A stretch of 64,000 bases of DNA. Origin: Nitrospirota bacterium. Lineage in GTDB: Bacteria; Nitrospirota; Thermodesulfovibrionia; Thermodesulfovibrionales; Dissulfurispiraceae. The stretch covers positions 27,379-91,378 of the forward strand of contig JBFMCP010000007.1 in the NCBI GenBank assembly GCA_040754455.1. Reading direction: 5' to 3'. Each line of letters opens with the position of its first letter. Within the stretch, counting starts at the first letter, position 1. Made by a program: the position numbers and the translations under genes. Positions 41,481-51,968 of this stretch are shown one piece after another. The notes under the pieces are model-generated. The model was not told the DNA's origin. It searched no databases and worked only from the letters and a program-made list of their open reading frames with translations.

Positions 41481-42047
41481 ATGAAGGAACTCTTTATTGC
41501 TATCGAGCGCTGTACGGCGTGCAAGTCATGTGAAATTGCCTGTGCCATGGAGCATTCTCCCTTTAAAAATCTCTCCGAAGCCATTGCGCTCTCCTCACCG
41601 AAAAGAATGGTCCATGTTGAAAAGGCGCGCTCCTATGCCTATCCGGTCATGTGCATGCATTGCACGCATGCAAAGTGTATAGCATCCTGCCCGACGGGTG
41701 CGATGCGGAGGGATTCCGAGACCTACGCAGTCTTTGTCGACGAAGGCAGCTGTAACGGCTGCAAGGTCTGTACCATGGTCTGCCCTTTTGGCGCGGTGAC
41801 ATTTGATATGCGGAAGAGGGCCGTTGTAAAGTGCGACCGGTGCAGATCGCGCAGTAAAGAGGGCAAGGCCCCCGCGTGCGCCGAGGCTTGTCCCACCGGT
41901 GCCATCACGTTCGGGGAGCCGGATGAGTTCAGCAAGACAAAGCGGCAGATCACTGCCGAGCACATTGCCGATGCCGTGGGTGGTGCATCAGTTGAAACGT
42001 TGAATAGCAATCCATTAGATATACTGAGGAAGACAGGAGGACGATAG
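41481..42047 (+). CDS. cooF: CooF-like 4x[4Fe-4S] electron-transfer protein
   Basis: CTACKSCEIAC, CMHC..CIASCP, CNGCKVCTMVCP and KCDRC..PACAEACP motifs; directly upstream of cooS. Confidence 0.85.
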   Translation: MKELFIAIERCTACKSCEIACAMEHSPFKNLSEAIALSSPKRMVHVEKARSYAYPVMCMHCTHAKCIASCPTGAMRRDSETYAVFVDEGSCNGCKVCTMVCPFGAVTFDMRKRAVVKCDRCRSRSKEGKAPACAEACPTGAITFGEPDEFSKTKRQITAEHIADAVGGASVETLNSNPLDILRKTGGR

Positions 42048-43949
42048 ATGGGAGAAAGAAATCTCGACAATGCATCACGATTACTCATAAAAAGGGCGGC
42101 ATTATCAGGGATAGAGACCGGATATGACCGGCTCGGGAAACAGGTGCCCCAATGCGCCTTCGGACAGCTCGGGAGCTGCTGTCGCATCTGCTACATGGGA
42201 CCGTGCCGTATCGACCCCTTTGGCGAGGGGGCGACGAAAGGTGTATGCGGCGCTACCGCCGATACTATTGTATGCAGAAACCTGCTTCGCGAAGAAGTAG
42301 GAGGCGCCTCCTCACACGTGGGACATGCACGCCATGTTGCCCTTACTCTTAAAAAGGTGCTGGAAGGCAAGGCGTCGGGATACGGCATTGCGAGCAGGGA
42401 AAAACTCCTTGAGGTTGCGCAGGGCCTGGACATTACTGTTGAAGGGAAGTCTGATAGGGAAATTGCCCTGCAGGTTGTTGATAAAGCGCTCGAGGACCTG
42501 TCGAGACAGGATGATGCTCCTCTGAATTGGCTTAAATTGAGAGCTCCCCAGAAAGAGCAGGAGATGTGGAAGTCGCTCGGCATCCTCGTCTCCAATGCAC
42601 ATAATGAAATCGAAGAGGCGATGCACCGCTCCTCCATGGGCAACGATGCCGATCCGGTTAATCTGCTGCTCGCCTGCTTGAGGATGGGGCTTGTCGACGG
42701 GTACGCGGGGCTCCACATGGCCACTGACCTGCAGGATATCATGTTCGGTGTTCCGAAGGTGAAGAAGATCAAAGCGAACATAGGGGTTCTTGAGAAGAAT
42801 GCGGTGAATATAGCGGTGCATGGTCACAATCCGCTGCTTTCGGAAAAGATCCTCGAGTGGGCAGGCAAGCTCGAAAAGGAGGCTTCGAATGCAGGGGCAA
42901 AAGGCATCAACGTCGTGGGAGTCTGCTGCACCGGCAATGAGCTCACCATGCGGCACGATGTCCCTATGGCAGCACATAATCTGCAGTCGGAGATGGTGCT
43001 CCTCACGGGCGCAGTAGATGCGATGGTCGTAGATGTCCAGTGTATCTGGCCGTCACTCGCTAAAGTTGCAGAGTGCTATGCCACCACGTTCATCACGACG
43101 GAACCGTTTGTTAAAATTCCCGGCGCTGTCCATGTCGCCTTCGAGCCTGAAAGCGCTGATGAAGAGGCAAAGAAAATCGTTTCGATGGCGATTGATGCTT
43201 TTACCGCGCGAAAGGGAAAAGAAGTTGCTATCCCTGAAGAGAAATCATCGGCCTTCGTCGGCTTTTCGGTTGAGACAATTATCGAGGTGCTCAAGAAAGT
43301 CAATGAGGCTGATCCTCTGAAGCCGGTGATCGATAACATCGTAAACGGAAACATCTACGGTGCAGTCGGTATTGCTGGGTGTTCGAATATCAAGTTGAGA
43401 GATACCTTCATGACCGAGAGAATGATGGAGGAATTGCTCAGGAACAATGTCTTGATTGTGACGACGGGATGTACCGCGCACATCGCAGCGCAGGCAGGTC
43501 TCCTTGACTCCGCTGCGACCAATGACTATTGCGGCGAAGGGTTGAAGGCCGTGCTCACCGCCCTTGGCGATGCTGCCGGCCTCGGTATGCCGCTCCCGCC
43601 GGTGTGGCACATGGGCGCCTGTGTCGATAATTCGCGTATTGCCACGTTGCTGGGTGCGCTGGCAGGGAGGCTCGGCGTGAAAGTCAGTCAGCTGCCTGTC
43701 GCCGGCTCTGCGCCGGAGCTGGTGCAGGAGAAGGCCGTGGTCATCGGCACATGGCTGCTCGCGCTCGGCCTTCTGGTGCATATCGCGCCGTCACCGAGGA
43801 TCCTCGGCAGCCCTGTTGCGACAAAGGTCCTGACCAAAGACATCGAAAAACTGACCGGTGGCAAAGCCTATGTAGAGGTCGATCCGATAAAGGCAGCACA
43901 GGGCCTCATGGCGCATATTGCGGAAAAGAGAAAAGCACTCGGAATATAA
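42048..43949 (+). CDS. cooS: Anaerobic Ni-carbon monoxide dehydrogenase catalytic subunit
   Basis: QCAFG..GSCCRICYMGPC, HGHNP, CCTGNE, DVQC, GC, TTGC, GACVDNSR and EKA motifs. Confidence 0.96.
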   Translation: MGERNLDNASRLLIKRAALSGIETGYDRLGKQVPQCAFGQLGSCCRICYMGPCRIDPFGEGATKGVCGATADTIVCRNLLREEVGGASSHVGHARHVALTLKKVLEGKASGYGIASREKLLEVAQGLDITVEGKSDREIALQVVDKALEDLSRQDDAPLNWLKLRAPQKEQEMWKSLGILVSNAHNEIEEAMHRSSMGNDADPVNLLLACLRMGLVDGYAGLHMATDLQDIMFGVPKVKKIKANIGVLEKNAVNIAVHGHNPLLSEKILEWAGKLEKEASNAGAKGINVVGVCCTGNELTMRHDVPMAAHNLQSEMVLLTGAVDAMVVDVQCIWPSLAKVAECYATTFITTEPFVKIPGAVHVAFEPESADEEAKKIVSMAIDAFTARKGKEVAIPEEKSSAFVGFSVETIIEVLKKVNEADPLKPVIDNIVNGNIYGAVGIAGCSNIKLRDTFMTERMMEELLRNNVLIVTTGCTAHIAAQAGLLDSAATNDYCGEGLKAVLTALGDAAGLGMPLPPVWHMGACVDNSRIATLLGALAGRLGVKVSQLPVAGSAPELVQEKAVVIGTWLLALGLLVHIAPSPRILGSPVATKVLTKDIEKLTGGKAYVEVDPIKAAQGLMAHIAEKRKALGI

Positions 43950-44025
43950 TCAAATACCAAGCCCCCAATCCCAAATATCAAATGTGTTTTTGTAATGTGG
44001 TATTTGGGATTTGGTGCTTATGATA
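43948..44025. repeat. Intergenic heptamer-repeat imperfect inverted repeat
   Basis: atcaaat-accaagc-ccccaat-cccaaat-atcaaat ... atttggg-atttggt-gcttatg. Confidence 0.7.
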
Positions 44026-44034
44026 TAATTCACC

Positions 44035-45621
44035 ATGATTTATTTTAAAAAGGCTTTTTTTGTTCTGATCCTCAGCCTTAACCTGTGCCTCTTTCTCACC
44101 ACCTGCACCTCCTCGAACCGACTTGATGACCATGTCTACTATCGCATCAATGCTAACCCGTCCTCCCTCGATCCGGCATTGATTACTGATGTTATGAGCG
44201 CAACCATTGCTGCCAAGATCTTCAACGGGCTCGTCAGGCTGGATGATAATCTTGGTATTGCCCCTGATATTGCGGAACAGTGGGAAATATCGAAGGACGG
44301 GCGTACCTATCTCTTTTACCTCAAAAGGGGGGTTCGATTCTCCAATGGGCGCGAGGTGAGGGCAGAGGATTTTAAATATTCGTATGAGAGAGTGCTCGAT
44401 CCCAAAACAAAGTCGCCCAATCTCTGGGTGCTCGACAAAGCCGAAGGGGCCAGGGAATTTCGTGAGGGAAAGGCAAAAGAGGTGACTGGCTTCAGAATTG
44501 TTGATGATTATACTTTTGAGATAAGGCTGGGCAAGCCTTTCTCTCCCTTCCTCGGCATGCTCACCATGACCGCCGCCTATGTCGTCCCCAGGGAGGAGGT
44601 TGAACGGCGGGGAGTCGATTTTTCGAGCCAGCCCTCGGGCACCGGGCCTTTTGTGCTGAAGCAGTGGCTGCCCAACAGGGAGGTGGTGCTCGAAAAGAAT
44701 AGAAGCTATTTTGAAGGCGAGCCCTGCGTGAGGGGTATTATCTATAAGGTGATCCCCGAGGACCTGACAGCGGTCACCGAATTCGAGCTCGGCAATCTCG
44801 ATGTGCTTTCGCTCCCTGCGTCGGCCTATGCAAAATTCAGAAATGACAAGAAGTGGAGTGAGCATCTCCTGTCGCTCCAGGGGCTCAATACGTATTATCT
44901 CGGATTCAATGCATCGAAGCCCCCCTTCAATAATGCTGCACTCAGGAGGGCCGTTGCTCATGCCATCGATAGGGAGAAAATTCTCAAAACCTTCTATGAG
45001 AAGAGAGGGAGATCGGCAATCGGCCCTGTACCCGATCTGCTCAGAAAATGGACCGTAAGCGAAGATGCAAAAGGAGTCTTCATATATGACCCGAAGAGGG
45101 CACGGGAGATTATCACGAAAGAGGGCTTCCGGGGAGTCTCGGTGAGCCTGTATGTTACTGCCGATCAAGAGGTGGTCGATCTGGCCGAGATCATACAATC
45201 ATATCTGAAGGAAGTGGGGGTCAATGTCTCGATCAAACAGCTTGAGTGGAGCGCCTATAAGGATGCCATCAATAGAGGTGAACCCCATCTCTTCTGGCTC
45301 AGCTGGTGGGCCGACTATCCCGATGCGGAGAATTTCCTCTTTCCGTTATTCCACTCCTCCAATTTCGGTCCTGCGGGCAACAGGACACGGTACATCAACA
45401 AGGAAGTGGATGCATTGATCGAGAAGGGGCAGTATGCACTGGGCGAGGGAGAGCGGAATGATTATTACCGGAGCGCGGAGGAGATTATTATATCCGATGC
45501 GCCGTGGGTTCCCTTCTGGCACCGGACCGATTTTCTCGTCAAGCAGCCGTGGATAAAAGGATATAAGGTCTATCCAATCTACAGTATGGACAAGGGGACA
45601 GAGATAAAGATCAAAAAGTAG
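44035..45621 (+). CDS. Peptide/nickel ABC transporter substrate-binding protein (family 5)
   Basis: PSSLDPA, GVRFSNG, GTGPF, LRRAVAHAIDR and WWADYPD motifs. Confidence 0.93.
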   Translation: MIYFKKAFFVLILSLNLCLFLTTCTSSNRLDDHVYYRINANPSSLDPALITDVMSATIAAKIFNGLVRLDDNLGIAPDIAEQWEISKDGRTYLFYLKRGVRFSNGREVRAEDFKYSYERVLDPKTKSPNLWVLDKAEGAREFREGKAKEVTGFRIVDDYTFEIRLGKPFSPFLGMLTMTAAYVVPREEVERRGVDFSSQPSGTGPFVLKQWLPNREVVLEKNRSYFEGEPCVRGIIYKVIPEDLTAVTEFELGNLDVLSLPASAYAKFRNDKKWSEHLLSLQGLNTYYLGFNASKPPFNNAALRRAVAHAIDREKILKTFYEKRGRSAIGPVPDLLRKWTVSEDAKGVFIYDPKRAREIITKEGFRGVSVSLYVTADQEVVDLAEIIQSYLKEVGVNVSIKQLEWSAYKDAINRGEPHLFWLSWWADYPDAENFLFPLFHSSNFGPAGNRTRYINKEVDALIEKGQYALGEGERNDYYRSAEEIIISDAPWVPFWHRTDFLVKQPWIKGYKVYPIYSMDKGTEIKIKK

Positions 45622-45692
45622 AAAATCACTTTCATTAATATAGATAAGAACCTCTGCTGGATAAAGTGTAGTTTTGGAGTTAAAGTAATAGT

Positions 45693-47408
45693 ATGTTGGA
45701 TTCTTTTTCGAAAAGAGAGATAGAGACGATCCTCGACTCCACCAATGACGGTATGATCGCTGTTGACCGTGAAGGTGTCATCACTATTTTCAACAAGGCT
45801 GCGGAACGCATTACCGGCCTGTGTGCCGGAGAGGTCATCGGACGTCCTGCCGCCGAGGTCATCCCCAATACCCGTCTTCCTCTGGTACTTGCAACAGGAG
45901 AGCCCGAGCTGGACCAGCAGCAGGCGATAGGGAGCACGGTCATCCTTACCAGCAGGGTTCCGCTCAGGGACGAGAGCGGGGCGGTGACCGGCGCGGTCGC
46001 GGTCTTCAGGGATAACACTGAGGTTAAACTGCTTTCAGAGCAGGTCTCCGATCTCTGGAAATCACGCAGCCTCCTCGAGGCGATTATCGAATCGACGAAG
46101 GATGCCATTTCCGTAGCCGATGAGAACGGCAACAATCTTATCGTGAACCACGCCTATACGAGAATAACCGGACTCTCCAAGGAGGCGGTCATCAATAAAC
46201 CGGTTACGATTGACATCGCTGAAGGCGAGAGTATGCATATGAAAGTGCTGAGGACCGGAAAACCGGTGCACAACGTGCGGATGAAAGTCGGTCCTCTGAA
46301 AAGAGATGTGGTGGTCAACGTCGCGCCAGTAGTGATCGACGGAAAGATCAGGGGGAGCGTCGGCGTCATTCATGATATCTCCGAGATACTGGCGCTGACA
46401 AAGGAGCTTGACCGCGCTCAGCGGTTGATACGCCATCTCGAGGCGCGCTATACCTGGGACGATATCATCGGCACGAGCCCTGCCATGGTGAGCGCCAAGG
46501 AACAGGCGAAGCGCGCTGCCGAAACACCGGCAACAGTCCTCTTGAGAGGAGAGAGCGGCACCGGAAAAGAGCTCTTCGCCCATGCCATTCACAACGCAAG
46601 CCCCCGCGGAAGAGGGCAGTTCGTGAGAGTGAATTGCGCCGCCATTTCGGAGAGCCTTCTCGAGAGCGAGCTTTTCGGGTACGAGGCGGGCGCCTTTACC
46701 GGCGCGCTGCGCGGAGGACGCAAGGGGCTGTTCGAGGAGGCGAATGGCGGCACCATATTCCTCGATGAGATAGGGGAGGTCACTCCTTCGCTCCAGAGCA
46801 AGCTGCTCAGGGTGCTGCAGGAGCGTGAAATCGTGCGTGTCGGCGGCAGCCGTGCAGTTCCTGTCGATGTGCGGGTTATCGCTGCGACGAATGTGCATCT
46901 CGAAAAAAAGGTGCGTGCCGGCGCGTTCAGGGAGGACCTCTACTACCGCCTCAATGTCATCCCTCTCTCTATTCCTCCCTTGCGTGAGCACAAAGAGGAC
47001 ATTAAACCGATTGCCGAACATATCATCTATCAGCTCAATCAGGAATTCGGTCGCCAGGTGCAGCGGCTTTCCGACGATGCCATTACCTACCTCCTTACGT
47101 ATGACTGGCCGGGTAATGTAAGAGAGCTCGAAAACATCCTCGGCAGGGCAATGATCAACATGCGGCCACAGGATGCGGAGATGCGGCTGGAGCATATTCC
47201 TTCTCTTGAGTGCGACAGGATACCTCAGGTCCCTGCACGTACACTATCATCAATTTTGCCTCTCGAAAAAACGCTCGAGGATGCGGAGCGTTCTGCCATT
47301 TCAAAGGCACTCAAAGAGTCGGGTGGCAACCGCACTAAAGCGGCTGAACTACTCGGCATCGCTATAAGAAGCCTCTATTATAAGCTCGAAAAGTATGGCA
47401 TTAGTTGA
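45693..47408 (+). CDS. sigma54-dependent activator with two PAS domains (PrpR/BkdR/RocR-like)
   Basis: [30 protein letters not shown] and WPGNVREL motifs; Fis HTH. Confidence 0.95.
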   Translation: MLDSFSKREIETILDSTNDGMIAVDREGVITIFNKAAERITGLCAGEVIGRPAAEVIPNTRLPLVLATGEPELDQQQAIGSTVILTSRVPLRDESGAVTGAVAVFRDNTEVKLLSEQVSDLWKSRSLLEAIIESTKDAISVADENGNNLIVNHAYTRITGLSKEAVINKPVTIDIAEGESMHMKVLRTGKPVHNVRMKVGPLKRDVVVNVAPVVIDGKIRGSVGVIHDISEILALTKELDRAQRLIRHLEARYTWDDIIGTSPAMVSAKEQAKRAAETPATVLLRGESGTGKELFAHAIHNASPRGRGQFVRVNCAAISESLLESELFGYEAGAFTGALRGGRKGLFEEANGGTIFLDEIGEVTPSLQSKLLRVLQEREIVRVGGSRAVPVDVRVIAATNVHLEKKVRAGAFREDLYYRLNVIPLSIPPLREHKEDIKPIAEHIIYQLNQEFGRQVQRLSDDAITYLLTYDWPGNVRELENILGRAMINMRPQDAEMRLEHIPSLECDRIPQVPARTLSSILPLEKTLEDAERSAISKALKESGGNRTKAAELLGIAIRSLYYKLEKYGIS

Positions 47409-47415
47409 CCTGGTT

Positions 47416-47462
47416 TGCAAAAAATTGCATGCAAATTATTGCATTTAATGCAATGGATTGCA
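47416..47462. promoter_or_regulatory. Three enhancer-like palindromes TGCAA-N4-TTGCA
   Basis: Copies at 47416-47429, 47430-47443 and 47449-47462. Confidence 0.75.
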
Positions 47463-47549
47463 GTGTTTTACCCGTCCTGCACAGCCTTCGATTATTAAAT
47501 GATCAATAAAAACAATATCTTCAAATTGCTGCTACGTTTTGTAATCTGT

Positions 47550-47565
47550 TGGTATATGAATTGAT
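47550..47565 (+). promoter_or_regulatory. Putative sigma54 promoter
   Basis: TGGTAT-ATGAA-TTGAT with -24/-12 spacing, downstream of the enhancer sites. Confidence 0.55.
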
Positions 47566-47614
47566 ATATCCCCTCCTGTAGTAGTACGCCGCTAAAAATC
47601 GAGGAGGAGGACAC

Positions 47615-48598
47615 ATGAGAGCAGTAACGCCGCACATCTATGAAATCGACACCGAGGCATTCGGCCAGGAAAAGATCGTTGCATCATATTTAATAAAAGG
47701 AAAGGACAAGACGGCACTTGTCGATCCGGGCTTTCCGTCATCTGCTCCCATCATTAAAGAAAAGCTGAAGAACAACGGGTTCGATCCCGCAAATATCGAT
47801 TATGTCCTCCTTACCCATTTTCACCTCGACCACAGCGGCGGTACTGGAGCGATTCTCAAGGATTCTCCAAAGGCAAAGGTAGTCATCCACAAGAGGGCTG
47901 CTTTCTATATACGCAACTTTGCGAAGGTCGTCGGCGGCGCACGCATGGTCTTCAGGCCTGAAATCATTAAGAAGTTCGGAATGGCCTACGATGTGCCGCA
48001 CGACAGCGTAGTGCCGGTGACGGATGGAGAGACTATCGACCTGGGCGGCGGCGTTCGAGTACGGGTTATTCATACGCCAGGCCACTGCCCGGACGAGGTG
48101 TCGTTTTTTGAGGAATCCTCCGGAGCGATGATCACCGGAGATATGGCGTGCCTTCAATATCCGGCTTTCAATTATGTTCCGATCCCCGCAGGGAGCCCTC
48201 CGATCTTTGATCTCGCTGAAGAGGTTGCTTCTCTTGAGGCGCTCAGATCGATACAGGCAGGGAGGATATTGCTGCCCCACTACGGGGAATTACAAGGCAG
48301 TTGGAAAGACTTCATTGACAACTCCATAGAGGCAATAGAGAACACGCGCAATAAGATCAACGGCATGTTCAAGGAGAACATTGAGTTCCAGCAGATGGTC
48401 GAGCGGCTCAGGGCTGACCTCATTCGAGCGTCAGGCAAGAGGATAGAAGATGTCCCCGCGTTTCTCTCCGAGGTGTATATCCGGGAAATGCTCAAGACCG
48501 GACTGATGGGATTCTTCGCCTATCTGCTCGAGTATGCGCCGTACCCTCGATCTTTCTCGTATGAAGCATGCACCGTGGGAATTTCACAGGAGGAATAG
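47615..48598 (+). CDS. Metallo-beta-lactamase-fold hydrolase
   Basis: THFHLDHSGG, HTPGH, TGD and PHYG motifs; GAGGAGG RBS. Confidence 0.93.
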   Translation: MRAVTPHIYEIDTEAFGQEKIVASYLIKGKDKTALVDPGFPSSAPIIKEKLKNNGFDPANIDYVLLTHFHLDHSGGTGAILKDSPKAKVVIHKRAAFYIRNFAKVVGGARMVFRPEIIKKFGMAYDVPHDSVVPVTDGETIDLGGGVRVRVIHTPGHCPDEVSFFEESSGAMITGDMACLQYPAFNYVPIPAGSPPIFDLAEEVASLEALRSIQAGRILLPHYGELQGSWKDFIDNSIEAIENTRNKINGMFKENIEFQQMVERLRADLIRASGKRIEDVPAFLSEVYIREMLKTGLMGFFAYLLEYAPYPRSFSYEACTVGISQEE

Positions 48599-51316
48599 AT
48601 GATACAGCAGGTCAAGACATACTGCAACCAGTGTTACAACGGGCCCGATCCTTTTGTCATGAATGTCGAAGACGGTGTGGTGAAGAGTATCGAGCCTGAT
48701 TTCGATTGCGAAAAGTTCAGCCCCGGGCAGGGAAGGGTATGTGTAAAAGCGTACGGGCTCGTCCAGAAAATGTACAACTCCAACAGGATCAAAAATCCGA
48801 TGATACGCACCAACCCGAAAAAGGGAAAGGATGAAGATCCCGGATTCAAGGAGATCAGCTGGGATGAGGCGCTGGACATCGTTGCCGATAAATTGAAAGC
48901 GATCCGGCAAAAGGGGCTCACCGACGAAAGCGGATATCCGCGCCTCGCTGTCTCTATGGGAGAGGCGGGTGCGCCTGCAGCATACGGCGGGACCTTCCCT
49001 GCGTTTCTTTCGGCATGGGGTGCTGTCGATTTCACCCTCGGCGGCGGCGAGGGCTCGAAGTGCTATCATTCCGAACATCTCTATGGGGAGCTCTGGCACC
49101 GCGGCTTCATCGTTGTTTCCGATACTCCCCGGAACAAATGGACGCTCTCCTTCGGCCACAACACCAATGCCTCTGCGGGAGTGTCGGGCGTGATGCGCCA
49201 CGCCGAGGCCCGCGAACGGGGATATAAAAGAATACAGGCCGAGCCGCACCTCTCGGTGAGCGCTGTGACCTCGGATGAATGGATACCGCTCAAGACAAAA
49301 TCCGATGCGCCGTTCATGTATGCGATGATCTATTCGATCCTCTATGAGCTGGGCTGGAAAAAGGTCTGCGATCTCGATTTCATCAAGAAGCGGACGAACA
49401 GCCCCTACCTCATCGGCCCGAAGGGCTATTACCTGAAAGACGGGGAGAGCGAAAAAGTGCTGGTGTGGGATGCGGTCGACAACTGTGCTAAGGCCTATGA
49501 TGATCCAACCATAAAAGACGCTGCCCTCACCGGAAGCTATAGAGTATCCAACACAATCGAAAAGGGGCCTGATGGTGAGCAGTGGGAATACAAAGAGGCG
49601 TCATGCAGACCTTCCTTTGATCTTTTCCTCGGGCATATGAAGCCCTACACTCCAGAATGGGCTGCGAAGATATGCGATCTCCCGGCCTCTACGATCCGGA
49701 GAATGGCAAGGGAGTATGTCGAGCATGCACACATAGGCGAAGAGATCGAGGTATGTGGAGAGAAGCTCCCCTACCGGCCTGTCGGCATAAGCCTCGGCAA
49801 GACGATCAACAACGGCCCTGGCGGTTACCAGGCATGCTGGGCAAGGACAATACTGGCGATGCTGGTTGGTGCGCTCGAGGTGCCCGGCGGCACGGTTGGT
49901 GCCTCGCAGCGGCTCAACCGCCCGCACCACGACCGCTGGTCGAGCGTGTGGCCGGGAGAAGACGGGTTCTTCCAGAACTTCCTGAACCCGACGGATACGG
50001 AGCGTAGGGGAAAGCTCCAGAAGACGCGCTCGCACTATACCGAGCTCGTGCCTCTCGTCGGCAACACCGGATGGTCGCCGTTTCTCTCCCCTGTCCCTCA
50101 CGCATGGCTCTGGTACAACGAGACACCCGAGAACTGGAGCAAGCCGACCTTCCCCGATGTATGGATCATCTATAGAGTAAATCCGAACATGTCGATGTAC
50201 TACACGGACATGATGCTCGAGACGACGAAGAAGTTCCCCTACATCGTCGCCTTCGGCTATACCATTGACGAGACGAACTGGTATGCGGACATCATCCTCC
50301 CCGAAAGCAGCGATCTTGAGAGTCTCCAGCTCTTCAGGCTGGGGCCGTCGACGCACTCAGAGGCGTATTGGGAAGAATACGGATTCGGTCTGCGGCAGCC
50401 CGGAGGAAATCTTCCTTACAATACCATGGACATGACCGATATCTGTACAGAACTCTCTGCACGGACCGGCATTCTGAAGGAATACAACGACGCCATTAAC
50501 GCAGGCGTTATCCTCGGTATACGGCTTCAGGGAAAAGGCTACAACTATATGCTCGATCCCGGCAGGAAATATTCGAGGGAGGAGATATGGGACGGACTCT
50601 GCAGGTCATCGGTCAGACTGCTCACCGGCGGAAAAGAGGAGCACGACCTCGAGTGGTTCAAGAAGCACGGATATTTTACTGTTCCGTATCCTTTGATACG
50701 CCACTTCCTGCATCCCGTTATGGTGAAATGGGGACTGAGGTATGAGGTCCCCTACCAGGGAAGGTTGAAGGTCGTCGGCGAGGAGCTGAAGAAACGGCTT
50801 GAGGAAAAGGGCATCAGGTGGTGGGAGGAGCAGTTGAGCGAATACGAAGCGCTCCCGAAATGCGAGGACTACACGAAGAAATGGGACCATGTCCTGAAGA
50901 AGAAGGGACTGAACCCTGATGATTACCCGTTGTTCCTCATCAATACGAGGAGCATGCATTTCGCCTGGGGAAGCAATACCTGCCTGCCGGTGCTGGCTGA
51001 AATGGCTAAATATGTTACCGGCTTCGGCGGTCTGGTCATCAATACAAAGATTGCAGCGGAAAAAGGCATACAGGATGGTGACACTATTGTGATCGAGTCA
51101 CCTCTCAAAAGAAAGAAATGCACGGCAATCGTCAGGGAAGGAATCAGGCCGGACACTGTGGTGCTCACCGGGCAATTCGGCAACTGGGCCATGCCCTTTG
51201 CAAAAGACCTGAACATCCCCAGCATCAATGAACTGATAGAGCCCGACCAGGAACTGTTCGATGCCGGCGGCAGCAGCTGTGACATCGTCAGAGTGAAAAT
51301 ATACAAGGAGCACTGA
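48599..51316 (+). CDS. DMSO-reductase-family molybdoenzyme catalytic subunit, phenylacetyl-CoA:acceptor oxidoreductase (PadB)-like
   Basis: TYCNQCYNGPD..VCVKAYGL, RTNPKKGKDEDPGF, GTFPAFLSAWG and KCYHSEHLYGELWHR recalled as PadB-like; no Tat signal. Confidence 0.85.
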   Translation: MIQQVKTYCNQCYNGPDPFVMNVEDGVVKSIEPDFDCEKFSPGQGRVCVKAYGLVQKMYNSNRIKNPMIRTNPKKGKDEDPGFKEISWDEALDIVADKLKAIRQKGLTDESGYPRLAVSMGEAGAPAAYGGTFPAFLSAWGAVDFTLGGGEGSKCYHSEHLYGELWHRGFIVVSDTPRNKWTLSFGHNTNASAGVSGVMRHAEARERGYKRIQAEPHLSVSAVTSDEWIPLKTKSDAPFMYAMIYSILYELGWKKVCDLDFIKKRTNSPYLIGPKGYYLKDGESEKVLVWDAVDNCAKAYDDPTIKDAALTGSYRVSNTIEKGPDGEQWEYKEASCRPSFDLFLGHMKPYTPEWAAKICDLPASTIRRMAREYVEHAHIGEEIEVCGEKLPYRPVGISLGKTINNGPGGYQACWARTILAMLVGALEVPGGTVGASQRLNRPHHDRWSSVWPGEDGFFQNFLNPTDTERRGKLQKTRSHYTELVPLVGNTGWSPFLSPVPHAWLWYNETPENWSKPTFPDVWIIYRVNPNMSMYYTDMMLETTKKFPYIVAFGYTIDETNWYADIILPESSDLESLQLFRLGPSTHSEAYWEEYGFGLRQPGGNLPYNTMDMTDICTELSARTGILKEYNDAINAGVILGIRLQGKGYNYMLDPGRKYSREEIWDGLCRSSVRLLTGGKEEHDLEWFKKHGYFTVPYPLIRHFLHPVMVKWGLRYEVPYQGRLKVVGEELKKRLEEKGIRWWEEQLSEYEALPKCEDYTKKWDHVLKKKGLNPDDYPLFLINTRSMHFAWGSNTCLPVLAEMAKYVTGFGGLVINTKIAAEKGIQDGDTIVIESPLKRKKCTAIVREGIRPDTVVLTGQFGNWAMPFAKDLNIPSINELIEPDQELFDAGGSSCDIVRVKIYKEH

Positions 51317-51317
51317 T

Positions 51318-51965
51318 ATGAAACGATGGGGAATGGTGATAGATATGAAGAAATGCACGGGATGTCAGACCTGCACGCTCTCCTGCAAGGTGTACCACGG
51401 CCTCGGTCCCGATGTGGTACGGTGCCGCGTTATTGAGCAGGAGACCGGAAGCTTTCCTGCAGTGGAGAGAATGCTCTTCTCGCTCAGGTGCATGCACTGC
51501 AATGAACCCGAGTGCATGAAGGCCTGTCCGACGGGAGCGACCCGCAGGCGCGCCGACGGTATCGTCACTGTTGATCAGGATAAATGCATGGGCTGCAGAT
51601 ATTGCGCTCTCGTGTGCCCCTACCAGGCGAGGACGTTTCTCGGTGTGGAGAAGCGGTATTTCCCTGAGAACGGCAACCTCTGGGAAAACATGCGATATAA
51701 AGAGCACCAGGTGGGGACGGTCGAAAAGTGCGATTTCTGCCAGAAACGGATCGATGAGGGCCTTGCAAAAGGGCTGGAGCCCGGTAAAGACCCTGCGGCA
51801 ACCCCCATGTGCGTTATCTCATGCATCGGCAAAGCGCTCTACTTCGGAGACCTGAATGACCCGGCCAGTATGGTATCGAATCTCATCAGGGAGCGGAAAG
51901 GGTTTGCATTGAAGCAGGAGCTCGGAACAGAACCATCAGTGTACTATCTGCCAAGGAAGAGGTGA
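51318..51965 (+). CDS. 4Fe-4S dicluster subunit (PadC/DmsB/NrfC-like)
   Basis: RWGMVID..KCTGCQTC, CMHC..PECMKACP, CMGCRYC..VCPY, KCDFC and PSVYYL motifs. Confidence 0.92.
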   Translation: MKRWGMVIDMKKCTGCQTCTLSCKVYHGLGPDVVRCRVIEQETGSFPAVERMLFSLRCMHCNEPECMKACPTGATRRRADGIVTVDQDKCMGCRYCALVCPYQARTFLGVEKRYFPENGNLWENMRYKEHQVGTVEKCDFCQKRIDEGLAKGLEPGKDPAATPMCVISCIGKALYFGDLNDPASMVSNLIRERKGFALKQELGTEPSVYYLPRKR

Positions 51966-51968
51966 GCC

